This document shows, piece by piece, positions 13,885 to 25,116 of a stretch of 64,000 nt of DNA (positions within the stretch are counted from its first letter, which is position 1; every line of letters begins with the position of its first letter). Below the pieces are notes generated by a model. It was not told the origin of the DNA. It searched no databases and saw nothing but the letters and a program-made list of their open reading frames with translations. Location: contig JBHGNT010000009.1 in the NCBI GenBank assembly GCA_043228905.1, positions 6,076,001-6,140,000 on the forward strand. The letters are read 5' to 3'. The stretch comes from Azolla caroliniana (taxonomy: Eukaryota > Plantae > Polypodiophyta). A program made the position numbers and the translations under genes.

Positions 13885-14501
13885 TGTCGAGGTATTCCTC
13901 GCGGATGTGTGGAATGAGGCGGGACCTCGGGGGTCCTGTACCGAAGAGCAAGAGAGAAAGGAGAAGAGACCCACTACGTGCGAGCGTAGATTCACAGGGA
14001 CACGGCCCTTCGACACAAAGATGCGAGTGGGACAGCGACACAGAGAGACACGAATGTATGTATGTATTAACAAAGACAACAACAAGAAGCACTAAGTCGG
14101 TTACAACCGAACAGGCCGGCGAACAGATGCCGATGCCTGTTCGTAAACGCACAGAAAGAAAGGAGTAGGTTGGAGGTGCTACCGAAAGCACTCGGGCATT
14201 CCTCAGAGCAGCGCGAGCCTCCCGAAACCTGCACAGAAAGGAACTACAGAGTATGGAAGAGAGAGAAGCCTTCGGCCCGCAATCCGACAACACTTCGTCC
14301 TCTCTAATTCCGCGATCCCTTCGCCCCTCCTCGTCTCCCTCCTTTTATAGGCAAGGAAGGAGCCGTTTCCCCTTTACTTCCTACCTACCGAATCTACCTG
14401 CCTAGGATCTCCTATGTACAACATAAGGCGCACGTGCATGAAGAGCCGGTTCCTACGCTCCGGTGCACCGATTCCGCTTGTGGACGGTTTTCTTCACGAC
14501 A
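13885..14501 (-). repeat. 3' LTR of the 13885-20856 element
   Basis: Direct repeat of 20240-20856; preceded on the minus strand by the PPT AGGTGGGGGCGAA (14502-14514). Confidence 0.95.
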
Positions 14502-14574
14502 TTCGCCCCCACCTAACCGCGCATCCACCGGCATGCGCCAAATTGAGTTGGGACGGAGAAAACCGGTCCAGCCT

Positions 14575-17500
14575 TCATTCCCCGCCCGTCGGTTCTTCCT
14601 CGGTTTCGGATCGTTCGTCGTTCCGGTCCAGGTTAACCGGATCCGGCTCGTCGTCGCGACGCTTCTTGAACGCTTTGATCCGCTTCCCAGCTATCGATAT
14701 CGCCATTCTCGTGCCGTCGAGTTCTGCCAGATGGTACGTCCCGTTGTCGTTGGCGCTTTGTACCACGTAAGGCCCGAACCACCTTCTTGCGAACTTCCGT
14801 GTTGCTCGGTGCTGGTTGTCGAGGCTGCTGTCATAGACTAGCACCCAGTCGCCTTCCTCGATCTTCTTCGGTCGGAGCCGGCGCGTCCGGTCGAACCGGG
14901 CTTTGTTCCTCGTCCTTGCCACCCGAAGCTTTCTCGCAGCCTGCTCCACGTCCTCCGGTCTTCGCTCGAGCTGTCGTATACGCGCCGCCAACAATTCCTC
15001 TCAGCTCATCTCGTCTCTCCAGTCCACGGTTGCCCACGAGGAGATCGTACGTTCCATCGGCATGACCAGCTTCTGCCCAAACATGAGCTCTGCCGGCATG
15101 AATCCGGTTACCGAACTGTGCGTAGTTCGGTCAGCCCACAACGCGTAAGGCAGCAGCCGCGGCCAGTTCCCGACTTGCCCCCCCCGCATGCCCGAACTAA
15201 CGCCTTGATGATAGGTCCGTGTCCGTTCTCCACCTTCCCATTCACCTCCGGATTGTACGCAGTGGTAAGCGAGAGCTTGACTCCTAGCCGGTCGAACAAC
15301 TCCTCGGCTTCTTCGGCGTCCAACTCCCCGCGATCAGCCACGATCTTCCCGACGCACCTGTACCGGCATATCACGTCCTCGATCAGGAACCGACATACGG
15401 CCGCGGTCGTTTTGTTCTGAAGGGCTCGGCCTTCCACCTGGTTCGTCAGATCTTCCCGAGCCAAGACCAGATACCGCATCTGTCCTACTCCCATCGGCAT
15501 CGTCACCAGATCTACCATCCATTTGAAGTGGATGGTCGGAGGGTACGTAGGGTGCAGCTCGTCCCGATGTCGGACTATGGAGTGCATCTGACAGCTCTCG
15601 CAAGTCGTCACGAACCGATGCACGTCCCGGTACAGTCCCGGCCACCAGTACTTCCCCTTTATCTTCTCGAACGTGGCCCACGTTCCACGGTGTCCAGCCC
15701 AAGGGCTGTTGTGGTAGGCCGTCAGCAGCTCCTCCTGTTCTTCCTTCATCGCCACCACCCGGAGCGGGACGTCGTTCCTCTTCTTCGGGTGCTTCCATAA
15801 GTATCCGTCCCGGAGAAAGAATCGGTATGCTTTCTTCCGGATCCGGTTGGCCTCGTCCCTCGTCCATGACGCATCCGGTGTCATTCTCCTCAAAAATCCA
15901 CCGATCTGGAGCCACTCGCCGTCGTACTTGCTCTCGTCGAAGTCGTTAAGTACCGGAGTGCTCGTCCCATCGGTTGTCACGTACGCCGCCTCGAAGAAGT
16001 CCACGCCGACTTCTTCGTCCTCCGAAACCATGCCGCCCTCGTCATCAAACCTCGCCCTCGAAAGCATGTCGGCCATGGCGTTGTCCTTTTCGGAAATGTG
16101 TCGTATTTCCGGGTCTAGGGACTTGGTGTACGCTATCCACCTGAGCATCGCCAGGTCCGGCGTCGCGCATCCGGAAACCATGCCGAGAATTGGCAGGCAA
16201 TCCGTCTCGATAACCACTTCTGTCCCAATCAGGTAGTCTTTGTCGGCCTTTACTGCCGAAACGATACCCCAGAGTTCGCGTTTAACCTGGGCGTACCCTC
16301 GCTGTCGCTCACTAAGGACCTTCGCGCCGAATCGGACCAGGAACCGAATGCCGTCCTTGTCTTCTTGGTTGACAACCCATCCGATCCCGGTCGGGCTTGT
16401 ATCCACCGTTATGTATACCGGGGTACCCTTCTCGTAGATAGCCTTCCGGAGCGCCGGTGCTGCCGCAAGAGCTTCCTTCTGCTTCTGGACCGACTCCGTG
16501 TGCTCGTCTCGCCATTCGAATTTTCACCCTTTCTTCAGCAACCCGTATAGCGGCTCCGCAACGTGGGCGTAATGCGGGATCCATATGTGGTAGAACACGC
16601 ATGCCCCCAGGAACCTCCGAACTTCCGTAACCGAGCTACAGTCGGTCTTCATCGCGGAGATGGCTTCTACCTTTGCCGGAGACGGCTTCCGGCCATATGG
16701 TCCACATAGGTGTCCGACCACTAAGATTTCTGACTGCCCGAAGGCCGATTTCTCCCCGGAGAAGGTGAGCCTCGCATCCTCTAGCCTTTGTAGCACCTTC
16801 TCGCAGTCGTCGACGTGTGCTGCCACGAATCGCCGGCATCCGTTCGGCCCGAGTGTCTCGTCCTTCTCTTCCACCGGGCACCCCTTGATCGGGATGTCGT
16901 CTAGAAACGGCATGGTGATGTCCGGGATACAATCCCTCAGTACCTTGTTCATTGCATTCACCATGTGGGCCACCGAGCTAGTCCCTCCTTGTGGCAGGGT
17001 ACACATTCGCACTAGACCGAGGGGAGTTCGCATCGTCGTAATGTCTCTGCTCTCCACGGCTAGCTGGAACTGGTCGTACCCCGAGTATAGATCACCGACC
17101 GAGTAAATCGACCTTCCGGCGAAGGCCTCCGCGAACTCGTCTATGGTCGGTCCGATTCCTGCGTTCCGAATGGTTACTCTGTTGACCGGCAGCAGGTCTT
17201 GAATGAAGCGCATCGTCCCGTTTTTCTTTGGTACGGTAAACCATCGGTTCGAGTATGGGGCACTCGACGGTTCGAGAATGCCCATATCTACTTTCTGCCT
17301 CAATAGCTCCATCAACTTCGGGATGTGAGCTCTCGGTACCGGAATCGGCTTGAGATTCCACGGCACATGCGGTACCGTGAATATCACCATCGGCTCCAGG
17401 ATCGTCGGGTCTACGCACCCGATCTCTTCCGGTGAGAATGCAAAGGCCTTTCCGTGCCTTCCGAGCATTCTCCGAAACTGGTCTTCCTCCGCCGGCAGTA

Positions 17501-18080
17501 GGAACCCGCCCCCACCGATCTTGAGCTCCCAGAGTGTCCCGTCGGTGAAGGTGTGTCCTATGCAGGCCGGATCTCATAAACTGGGGTCCGACGCAACCCC
17601 TTTGATTCGGGACTCGCTGCCCTCCGGTAAGGGTGCCGCGACCGGCCTTACCTTCCGGTCCACAGTCTTGTACTTCGTGCTAACTCGGGCCATTTGATCC
17701 GACCCGAGCCCCTGACTGAAGTTCGCGATGACTTCATACATCTCTTCGGAACATACCGGTATCGTCCGGTCTTCGTTAAGGTCTTCTCCGGCTACTTTCC
17801 TCAGCATCCCCAAGGTGTCGTCGAAGGAGACCGCCTCCACGGCTCCGCTGATTTCCTCGTCCGGGCCGAGAACTCCGCCACTCGAAGTCGCTCTTCCGCC
17901 CTTGCCTTCTCTCAGCCAACGATGCCGACTATCATACACCCTCCATCGTTGGAGAAGAAAAATTTTCTACCTATCGTACAAGGATTCTTCGGTTTCGGTT
18001 CTATCGTACAGCTGTGGGGTCTTTCCCGAGTGTCCGGACTGTCTTGGCCCCACGCCTTGGCAGCCCTCTCTAAAAATCCT
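14575..18080 (-). pseudogene. gypsy pol (RT-RNase H-INT) with a few nonsense codons and one frameshift
   Basis: RFIQDLLPVN, DLYSGYDQF, PFLDD, RRFLG, DTSPTGIGW, GHRG...CESCQ, VADRGE, AYNPE.NG.VE, WFGPY; TGA stops at 17574, 16524 and 15001; frameshift in the C-run at ~15178-15185. Confidence 0.92.
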
Positions 18081-20223
18081 CCCGGTTCTCGCCACCGAGG
18101 GATTCGCGGTTTCGCTCGTGGTTCGGTCGCACCGTCAGAAATTGGACCGAATGGCACCCGTCCTGGCTTTTGACCCTCGCGTAGGCCGAACCGTTGTCTA
18201 GCACCTTAGTCTCCATCCGCGCCGCCGTGATGTATGGTTCACCTAATATGACCGGGTGCGAGGACGTCTCCCGTACGAAGAAGTGCTGGTCAATCTCGAC
18301 GTCGCCGATCTTGACTCGCACGTTCGGGCAGGCCCCATGCAGTTCCTCGGTGGCGTGCGTCGCCGCCCGTATCTTCCACCCGTGCTTGGTGTTGATCGGC
18401 CACTTTCCCTTCTTATAGAAGTCCATGGACATCAGGTTTATTTCCGAACCGTGGTCCACCAATGTCACCACCGGTTCCTGAACATCTCCGATCTTCACCG
18501 GGGTCTCCGTGGTCGCTCGGGCCCAGTGCGGCCTTGAATAGTGGCTCTTCGCCCACTCATCTTCCAACGCCATGTCGTCGATGTGCGTCGTCCGCACCTC
18601 CACCGGTCTTTTCGGTTCCGTCTCCGTCGACAGCCTCTTCCGTTTCACCAGGTCCACAATGGAGTCGTGGAACTCCTTCTTGGCGATCCCTAGCACCTCC
18701 TGCAATGACAGCTCCACTTTGCTGTCGAGGATCCGTTCTTCGAGGACCTTTCGTAGGTCCGTAGTCCTTTCTATTTCCGTCCCCAGTCGGTATTCGCCCT
18801 TCCTGGGGTTATCTTGCGAGCTGGACCCACCGGCATCGTTCCGTCGTTGCCCGAATCGGGTCTCGTACCGTTGTGAGGGCCCGGCCGCTCCGGCTTTCCC
18901 CACTCGTTTGTCTTCTACCAGAGCCTCGTAGTTCCGGCAGGCGGCTTCTATGAAGCCCGTCTTCTCCTCGACCGGATCGCTCCACCCGGTTATTTCCCGG
19001 ACCCGTCTCTCAGCGCGGTCCGTTTCATCTTTCCTCAGCCGTGCGCCGGCAAGACCTTCCAGCATTGCCGACCAGAATCCGTCTTTGCCCTCCTTTCGGG
19101 CCTTGCTACCCCCAACCCGAATGTCGGCCGACGCCGAGTAGTGGATGGCCTCCACGTGTCGGGCCGCTGCCTCTTCCATCAGTCTCTTCATTCCTCCTGC
19201 CCCGTCGTTTCGGTTTAGGGCCCTTCTGGTGTCGCCGGCGTGCACCCGGCCTTCCCACAGGTACACCACCCGGTTCCTCAACGCTTCTGCGAAATTGCCG
19301 CAGTCCTTCCGGATGTGGCCGACCTCGTCGCACCACATGCACCTGTTCCCTGCTACCGATCGTCGGTCACGAGCTGGTTCGCCGCCTTCCCTTCGAGTCT
19401 GGGCGATCTGGAGATCCTTTATCGCCCGCGTCAACTCCTCCAGCGCTGCTCCTCCGGACGAGCCACTGACCATGCCGGTCGAAGCCAGACCGGTTTCGAG
19501 CCATTCCCGGGTTTCTTCCCTTCGCCCTTGCGGTGCCGGTTCAAGCCTCCTTGCTGTGACAGAGCCCGCACCAGCCGCCCCGTTGTCTGCCCATTCTCGC
19601 CGTTTGTCGAAACGGCCACAGACTCTCTTAACCGCAGCCCAGTCAGTCGTCAGCCCATCTTCGGTTTCCAGTAAGGAGCCGACTTGGTCCTGGTCCCGCT
19701 TGTCCACCGACTTGACGAATAGTAGGACCCGGCTCGTATCCAGAACAGTTCAGTCAAGCGCCGAAAGGCGCGCAAAGCGTTCTTCGAACTCCCGGAGGAG
19801 TGTCGACGCGTTTCTTCCCTTGCCGGGGGACTCCACCCACTCCATGAAGTCCCGTTTCGAAAGCCGGAGCGTGTCGTCCAGCCCATATCTTTCTAGGAGT
19901 CGACCTTCGAACTCCTCCCAGGTACGGCTCTCCGCCCGCACCTCGAGCACCTCCGCATGGATGCTCGGCATCGCCACTCGAGGGAACCCGGCAAGACGCC
20001 TCTCTTCCGGAATGTCCCGCATTAGCATTTCTGCCCCGTACAACGCCAAATACTTCGTGGTATCCTTTCCGCTGAACCGGCCGATCGTACCGACGACCGC
20101 CTCAATGGCTCTGTCGAGGGCGTCGGTGCCCTCGCGTGCACTCAATATCCGATCCACGGCCGAAGCCATGGCCTCTGCAAAATCCGACCCCTTCATCTTC
20201 TGCTCTTCTGCCGCCTCCTTCAC
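18070..20223 (-). pseudogene. gypsy gag-protease with one in-frame TGA at 19750
   Basis: Frame continues through the stop (LSALD*TVLDTSRVLLFVKSVDK); CMWCDEVGHIRKDC knuckle; protease LVDHGSEINLM...VILGEPY. Confidence 0.9.
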
Positions 20224-20236
20224 GTCGGGTTCACCA
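20219..20236 (-). promoter_or_regulatory. Primer-binding site complementary to 18 nt of the plant tRNA-Trp(CCA) 3' end
   Basis: TGGTGAACCCGACGTGAA, 3 nt from the LTR; matches the recalled plant tRNA-Trp 3' end TTCACGTCGGGTTCACCA. Confidence 0.85.
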
Positions 20237-20239
20237 AGA

Positions 20240-20856
20240 TGTCGAAGTATTCCTCGCGGATGCGTGGAATGAGGCAGGACCTCGGGGGTCCTGTACCGAA
20301 GAGCAAGAGAGAAAGGAGAAGAGACCCACTACGTGCGAGCGTAGATTCACAGGGACACGGCCCTTCGACACAAAGATGCGAGTGGGACAGCGACACAGAG
20401 AGACACGAATGTATGTATGTATTAACAAAGACAACAACAAGAAGCACTAAGTCGGTTACAACCGAACAGGCCGGCGAACAGATGCCGATGCTTGTTCGTA
20501 AACGCACAGAAAGAAAGGAGTAGGTTGGAGGTGCTGCCGGAAGCACTCGGGCATTCCTCAGAGCAGCGCGAGCCTCCCGAAACCTGCACAGAAAGGAACT
20601 ACAGAGTATGGAAGAGAGAGAAGCCTTCGGCCCGCAATCCGACAACACTTCGTCCTCTCTGATTCCGCGATCCCTTCGCCCCTCCTCGTCTCCCTCCTTT
20701 TATAGGCAAGGAAGGAGCCGTTTCCCCTTTACTTCCTACCTACCGAATCTACCTGCCTAGGATCTCCTATGTACAACATAAGGCGCACGTGCATGAAGAG
20801 CCGGTTCCTACGCTCCGGTGCACCGATTCCGCTTGTGGACGGTTTTCTTCACGACA
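20240..20856 (-). repeat. 5' LTR of the 13885-20856 element
   Basis: Direct repeat of 13885-14501; adjacent to the PBS. Confidence 0.95.
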
Positions 20857-21888
20857 CCGGAACGAACACGTCGGTAGTGTGCCGATTGAAGAAGTCCCTT
20901 TACGGACTGAAGCAAACCCTGCGTGCCTGGAACGCGAAGATCACACAGCAACGGCATCGGATGGGCTTTGCGACATTAGAATCATACTCTTCCCTGTTCA
21001 TCTAGAAAGGTCGACTCCGTCCGGTCAGTATTTTACTCTATGTTGATGACTTGGTCATCACCGGCGCCGACCTAGGTGAAATCGACCGCGTGAAGCTCCA
21101 GCCTGCGGCATCATTCGACATGAAGGATTTGGGGGATCTTCATTACTTCCTCGGGATCGAAGTGATCCGTACCCCCGAAGGCATATTGATCAACCAACGC
21201 CATTATGTGCTGAGTATGCTCTTCAAATTCGAGATGGCCGACTGTAAGTCCGTCTCGACTCCTCTGGATATAACCGTCAAGCTTCACCCCCATTCCGGAA
21301 AGGTATGTGACCTGACGAGGTTCCGACAAATTGTCAGAAGCCTTATCTACTTGACAATCACCCGACCCGATCTCAGCTATCCGGTCGGGGTGATCAGTCA
21401 GCTCATGGCGTGTCCTACCAAGGAGCACCTTCAGTGTGCGTAGCGCGTACTGCGGTACGTAAGCGGTACTAAGGACCGGGGACTGCTATATCGAACTGGT
21501 ACAGCCTCGTAGTTGGTCGGCTACACCGATGCTGATTGGGCTGGCAATGCCGCCGATCCACGATCCACGATCCACGTCCGGATATGTGTTCTCTCTTGGG
21601 AGTGCCGCGATAGCATGGAGCAGTAAGAAGCAGCCGACAATTGCACTATCGAGCACCGAAGCTGAGTGCCGAGGAGCGGCTGTCACGACATGCGAAGCCA
21701 TATGGTTGAAGCGGCTACTTAAGGACCTGCAAGAAGAGGTGTCCGATCCGACGACGATCTTCTGCGACAACCTCAACAGCATCCAGCTCGCGAAGAACCC
21801 CATTTTCCACGCCCGGACTAAGCACATTGAGGTGCACTACCATTTCATCCGTGAGCGTGTTCTCTCCGGTGAAGTCGAACTTCAGTAT
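20857..21888 (+). mobile_element. Continuation of the copia (RT + RNase H); 3' LTR deleted
   Basis: [60 protein letters not shown], then an abrupt switch to gypsy integrase. Confidence 0.9.
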
Positions 21889-22276
21889 AGTCGCCACCGA
21901 TTATTGCACCAAGTGGGTAGAAGCGAAGGCTTTGTGGGACAACACTGCGGCATCAACGACAAAGTTCTTATATGAGTACATCTGGTGCCGGTATGGATGC
22001 TAGATCGAGTTAATTAGCAACCAAGGCGGACATTTTCTCGGTCAAATAGTGGAGAGCTTAACAACATTCTATGCAGTGGTGCACAAGCGCTATACCCCTT
22101 ATTATCCACAGGCCAATGGACTGGCCGAATCCACAAACAAAACACTCCAAAACATCCTGCGAAAGATCGTCAATGAAAACCGGACCGATTGGGACACCAA
22201 CCTGCATAGTGCACTATGGGCATGCCGGACGACATACAAAACGAGTATCCAGTCAACGTCATTCCGGTTAGCATTT
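21889..22276 (+). pseudogene. Gypsy integrase core (resumption of the 7200-10774 element), truncated
   Basis: [55 protein letters not shown]. Confidence 0.88.
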
Positions 22277-22995
22277 GAGTGGCTAATTAGCTAAGTGGTA
22301 GCTATTTAGCTACTACCATAGTTTAGTACAGTAGCTAGTTAGCTACTACCATAGTTCAGTTGAGTAGCTAATTAGCTAAGTGGAAGCTAATTAGCTACTA
22401 CCATAGTTTAGTACAATAGCTAATTAGCTAAGTGGTAGCTAATTAGCTACTACCATACTTTAGCTGAGTAGCTAATTAGCTAAGTGGTAGCTATTTAACT
22501 ACTACCATAGTTTAGTACAATAGCTAATTAGCTAAGTAGTAGCTAGTTAGCTACTACCATACTTCAGTTGAGTAGCTAATTAGCTAAGTGGAAGCTAATT
22601 AGCTACTACCATGGTTTAGTACAGTAGCTAATTAGCTTCCACTTAGCTAATTAGCTACTACCATACGTTAGCTGAGTAGCTAATTAGCTACTTCCATAGT
22701 TTAGTACAGTAGCCAATTAGGTACTACCATACTTTAGTTATAGTGGCTAATTAGCTAGTAACATACTTTAGTTGAGTAGCTAATTAGCTAACTGGTAGCT
22801 AATTATCTACTACCATACTTTAGTAGAGTAGCTAATTAGTTGCTGACATATTGACAAAGAGTAGCTAATTAGCTAAGTGGTAGCTAATTAGCTAGTACCA
22901 TACCTAAGCGAAGTAGCTAATTAGCTCAATGGTAGCTAATTAGCCACTGTCATAGTCTAAAAGAATAGCTAGTTAGCTAAGATGTATCTAATTAG
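22277..22995. repeat. Tandem array of ~52-bp units containing palindromic AGCTAATTAGCT cores (array 1)
   Basis: Unit GCTAATTAGCTAAGTGGTAGCTAATTAGCTACTACCATAGTTTAGTACAGTA; occasional inverted sub-units (e.g. ~22630-22655). Confidence 0.95.
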
Positions 22996-23012
22996 TGACC
23001 ATATTGTTGTAG

Positions 23013-24731
23013 AATCTTGTGGATTAAGGAGGGCGCATGAGGTGTTAGGTGCTGATGACGCTGCAACCGATGAGGAGATAGTTGCCAACGTGACTGAAAG
23101 TAAGAGTCCTGCTATCACATCTCCTTCAGATCAACTCCTTTTGGAAGATGGTACTGAATTAGGCAACGATGTGAAAAGCCATGAAATATTGGAAACAACA
23201 TGTAAATCTGAGGTTCACAACAATAGTGTTTTTGAGCACTTGATGCAACAGTTCTTCGATTCCACCCCATTGAGCCCAACTACTGATAATGTCCAAACAG
23301 ATCCCACTGTACTGGAAAAGCTAGCGCAAGACGCGGCTGACGTGCAAGCCATTGTTGAGGTGATGGAAAGGTTGTCGGAGGAGGACACTTGCGCAATGGG
23401 TCAAAGAAGCAATGTTAAATGGGCCACTAGCTAGAAAAAGGCTGAAGAAGGGGCCACGATTAGGGACAAGACCAGTTACTCAGTGAAGGGCCTTTTGAAT
23501 TTGAGCGAAATACTTATTAGTGGGATATGATTGTTAGCGATTTTCCTAGGGTTTTATGAAGTTTTATTATGATTTATTTGGACAAGTAAAACCTCAAATT
23601 GGTGTTGCTTGATCCACATAATGTAATTGAACTCTATGAAGTTTCTCCAAGATAATTATGTTCATGTTGTTCTATGATGGAAAATATTTCATGTTCATTA
23701 TGTTGTTTTGTGAGACTGTTAATTACTTTGTGAGTGTGAATATGTTGGTGTTTTCTAATGTTGCAGAGTCTAAAGGGTTTGAATCTATTGCTCCTAAGGC
23801 CGATGGCAATGTGGGAACTGTTGATGTTGCTGCGTGTTTAGACGGCCACATCTTGAAAGTAGATGTAGCAATTGACACAAATGATCTCGTCACGCAAGTT
23901 GATCAAGCATGTTGCACAGATGATCTGATTTTGCAGGTAGATGCATCATGTGATACTAGGGGGCTGATATCGACCAGATCCGTATCTACATGCACCAAGC
24001 CAATGACTAAGTCGACAACACAAGAGCACCAGAATGTGAAGTTAGGCCCAACACAGTCGACCAAGGGTTTGAAGAGGAAAAGGACACCAATTGTGCCGAC
24101 AGAACCTGAGTTGATTGAAATTGATCATGTGCTACTAGTAATTGGTGTAACAGAGGCTCAATTACAGGAATGGAAACCTAAACCATTAGAAGTCGAAAGA
24201 AGAGCCTTGATCTTGGAGCTTGATAAAGTCTTGATGAGTGTGCGATATATGACACCAAGGAGGGACGCAAATCAATTTCTAGAGTGGGTTGTGCAATACT
24301 TTGATTTGTTTATTTAGAGTGAAAAACCACGTACATATGTGTGGAAGTGTGTAGAAAGATTCTTCCCGAAGTGGCGACAACATTTCAAGGGTCAGTGGAC
24401 ACGAGAGAATTGTAAGTAAAAGGATGTTGCAAGATTCAAAAGACTTTCTGATTTTTGGGCCACTTGGCCAGATTATAATACCGACAATAGCTTGATTCTG
24501 GATACAAAACATTTCCGGCATTACTTCAGCATTCGCAGATGCTGTCTCATTCTACCCGATGAAATGCCTGAACACTATTTGGTGAAAACATTGAGCTACC
24601 AACTAGCTACATGGTTGTGGACTCCATACCGAGCTCAGTATGCAGATCATATATGTAGAGAAGTTCCACTGACCAGCAAGAGCTTACCTGTTTATAGGCG
24701 ATTTGAAGACATTGGCAATGGGATATTATAA
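23013..24731 (+). pseudogene. Unknown spliced accessory gene inside the Sola2-like element, convergent with the transposase
   Basis: Protein-like ORFs 22982-23434, 23658-24317 and 24492-24731; plausible acceptors TTGTAG (23012) and TTGCAG (23766) with a T-rich intron-like interval ~23520-23766; no domain recognised. Confidence 0.45.
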
Positions 24732-25116
24732 ATATGTAATTTGATGACAGATTAATCAATGAAGAATTAAATTTCTTGTTTTGAGTAACTTATCTACTAT
24801 GTAATTTTAAGAGTATGTTCAAGATTGTTGATTTCATGATAGTGTTTTTTCTTAAAATTATGCAAACTATTTTAACTTGTACATGGTTCACTTGAGTAAA
24901 TCTGTATCTCAGAAAGAAGAACCCTAAACGATATTATTAAACTGTATATCAGAAAGAAGACTGTATATAAAAAAGACACACGATTTTATTGAGAAAGAAG
25001 CACAAAAAGTAGACTATATATAATAAAAAAACTCCCAAACAGGTCCATTAAACTGTTTATTTGCAATACATGTGCTTTGTTTGTTTTACAAGAAAACTGG
25101 TAATTGCTACTTGTAG

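Larger units (their letters stand above)
13885..20856 (-). mobile_element. Full-length young Ty3/gypsy LTR retrotransposon (6972 bp) inserted in the copia RT; 4-bp TSD CCGG
   Basis: Two 617-bp LTRs with TGTCG...CGACA termini and about 7 visible differences, all transitions; CCGG at 13881-13884 and 20857-20860; removing the element plus one TSD restores the copia frame (PGFHSGTNTSVVCRLKKSLYGLKQ). Confidence 0.97.

Noticed and set aside
13187-14095. 302-aa ORF as a single gene
   Set aside because: It is a chimeric read-through of the copia RT into the inserted gypsy LTR at 13885.
20219-20236. tRNA-Trp gene
   Set aside because: Only the 3' 18 nt including CCA are present, so this is a primer-binding site and not a gene.
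19145-20272. 375-aa plus-strand ORF and other antisense ORFs over the retroelements
   Set aside because: These are shadow frames of GC-rich gag/pol with no recognisable domain.
22273-22295. GAGTGG at 22277 as the true left terminus of the Sola2-like element
   Set aside because: There is no matching TSD, the two flanks come from different retroelements, and the sequence is simply a variant of the array unit; it is probably a deletion junction.
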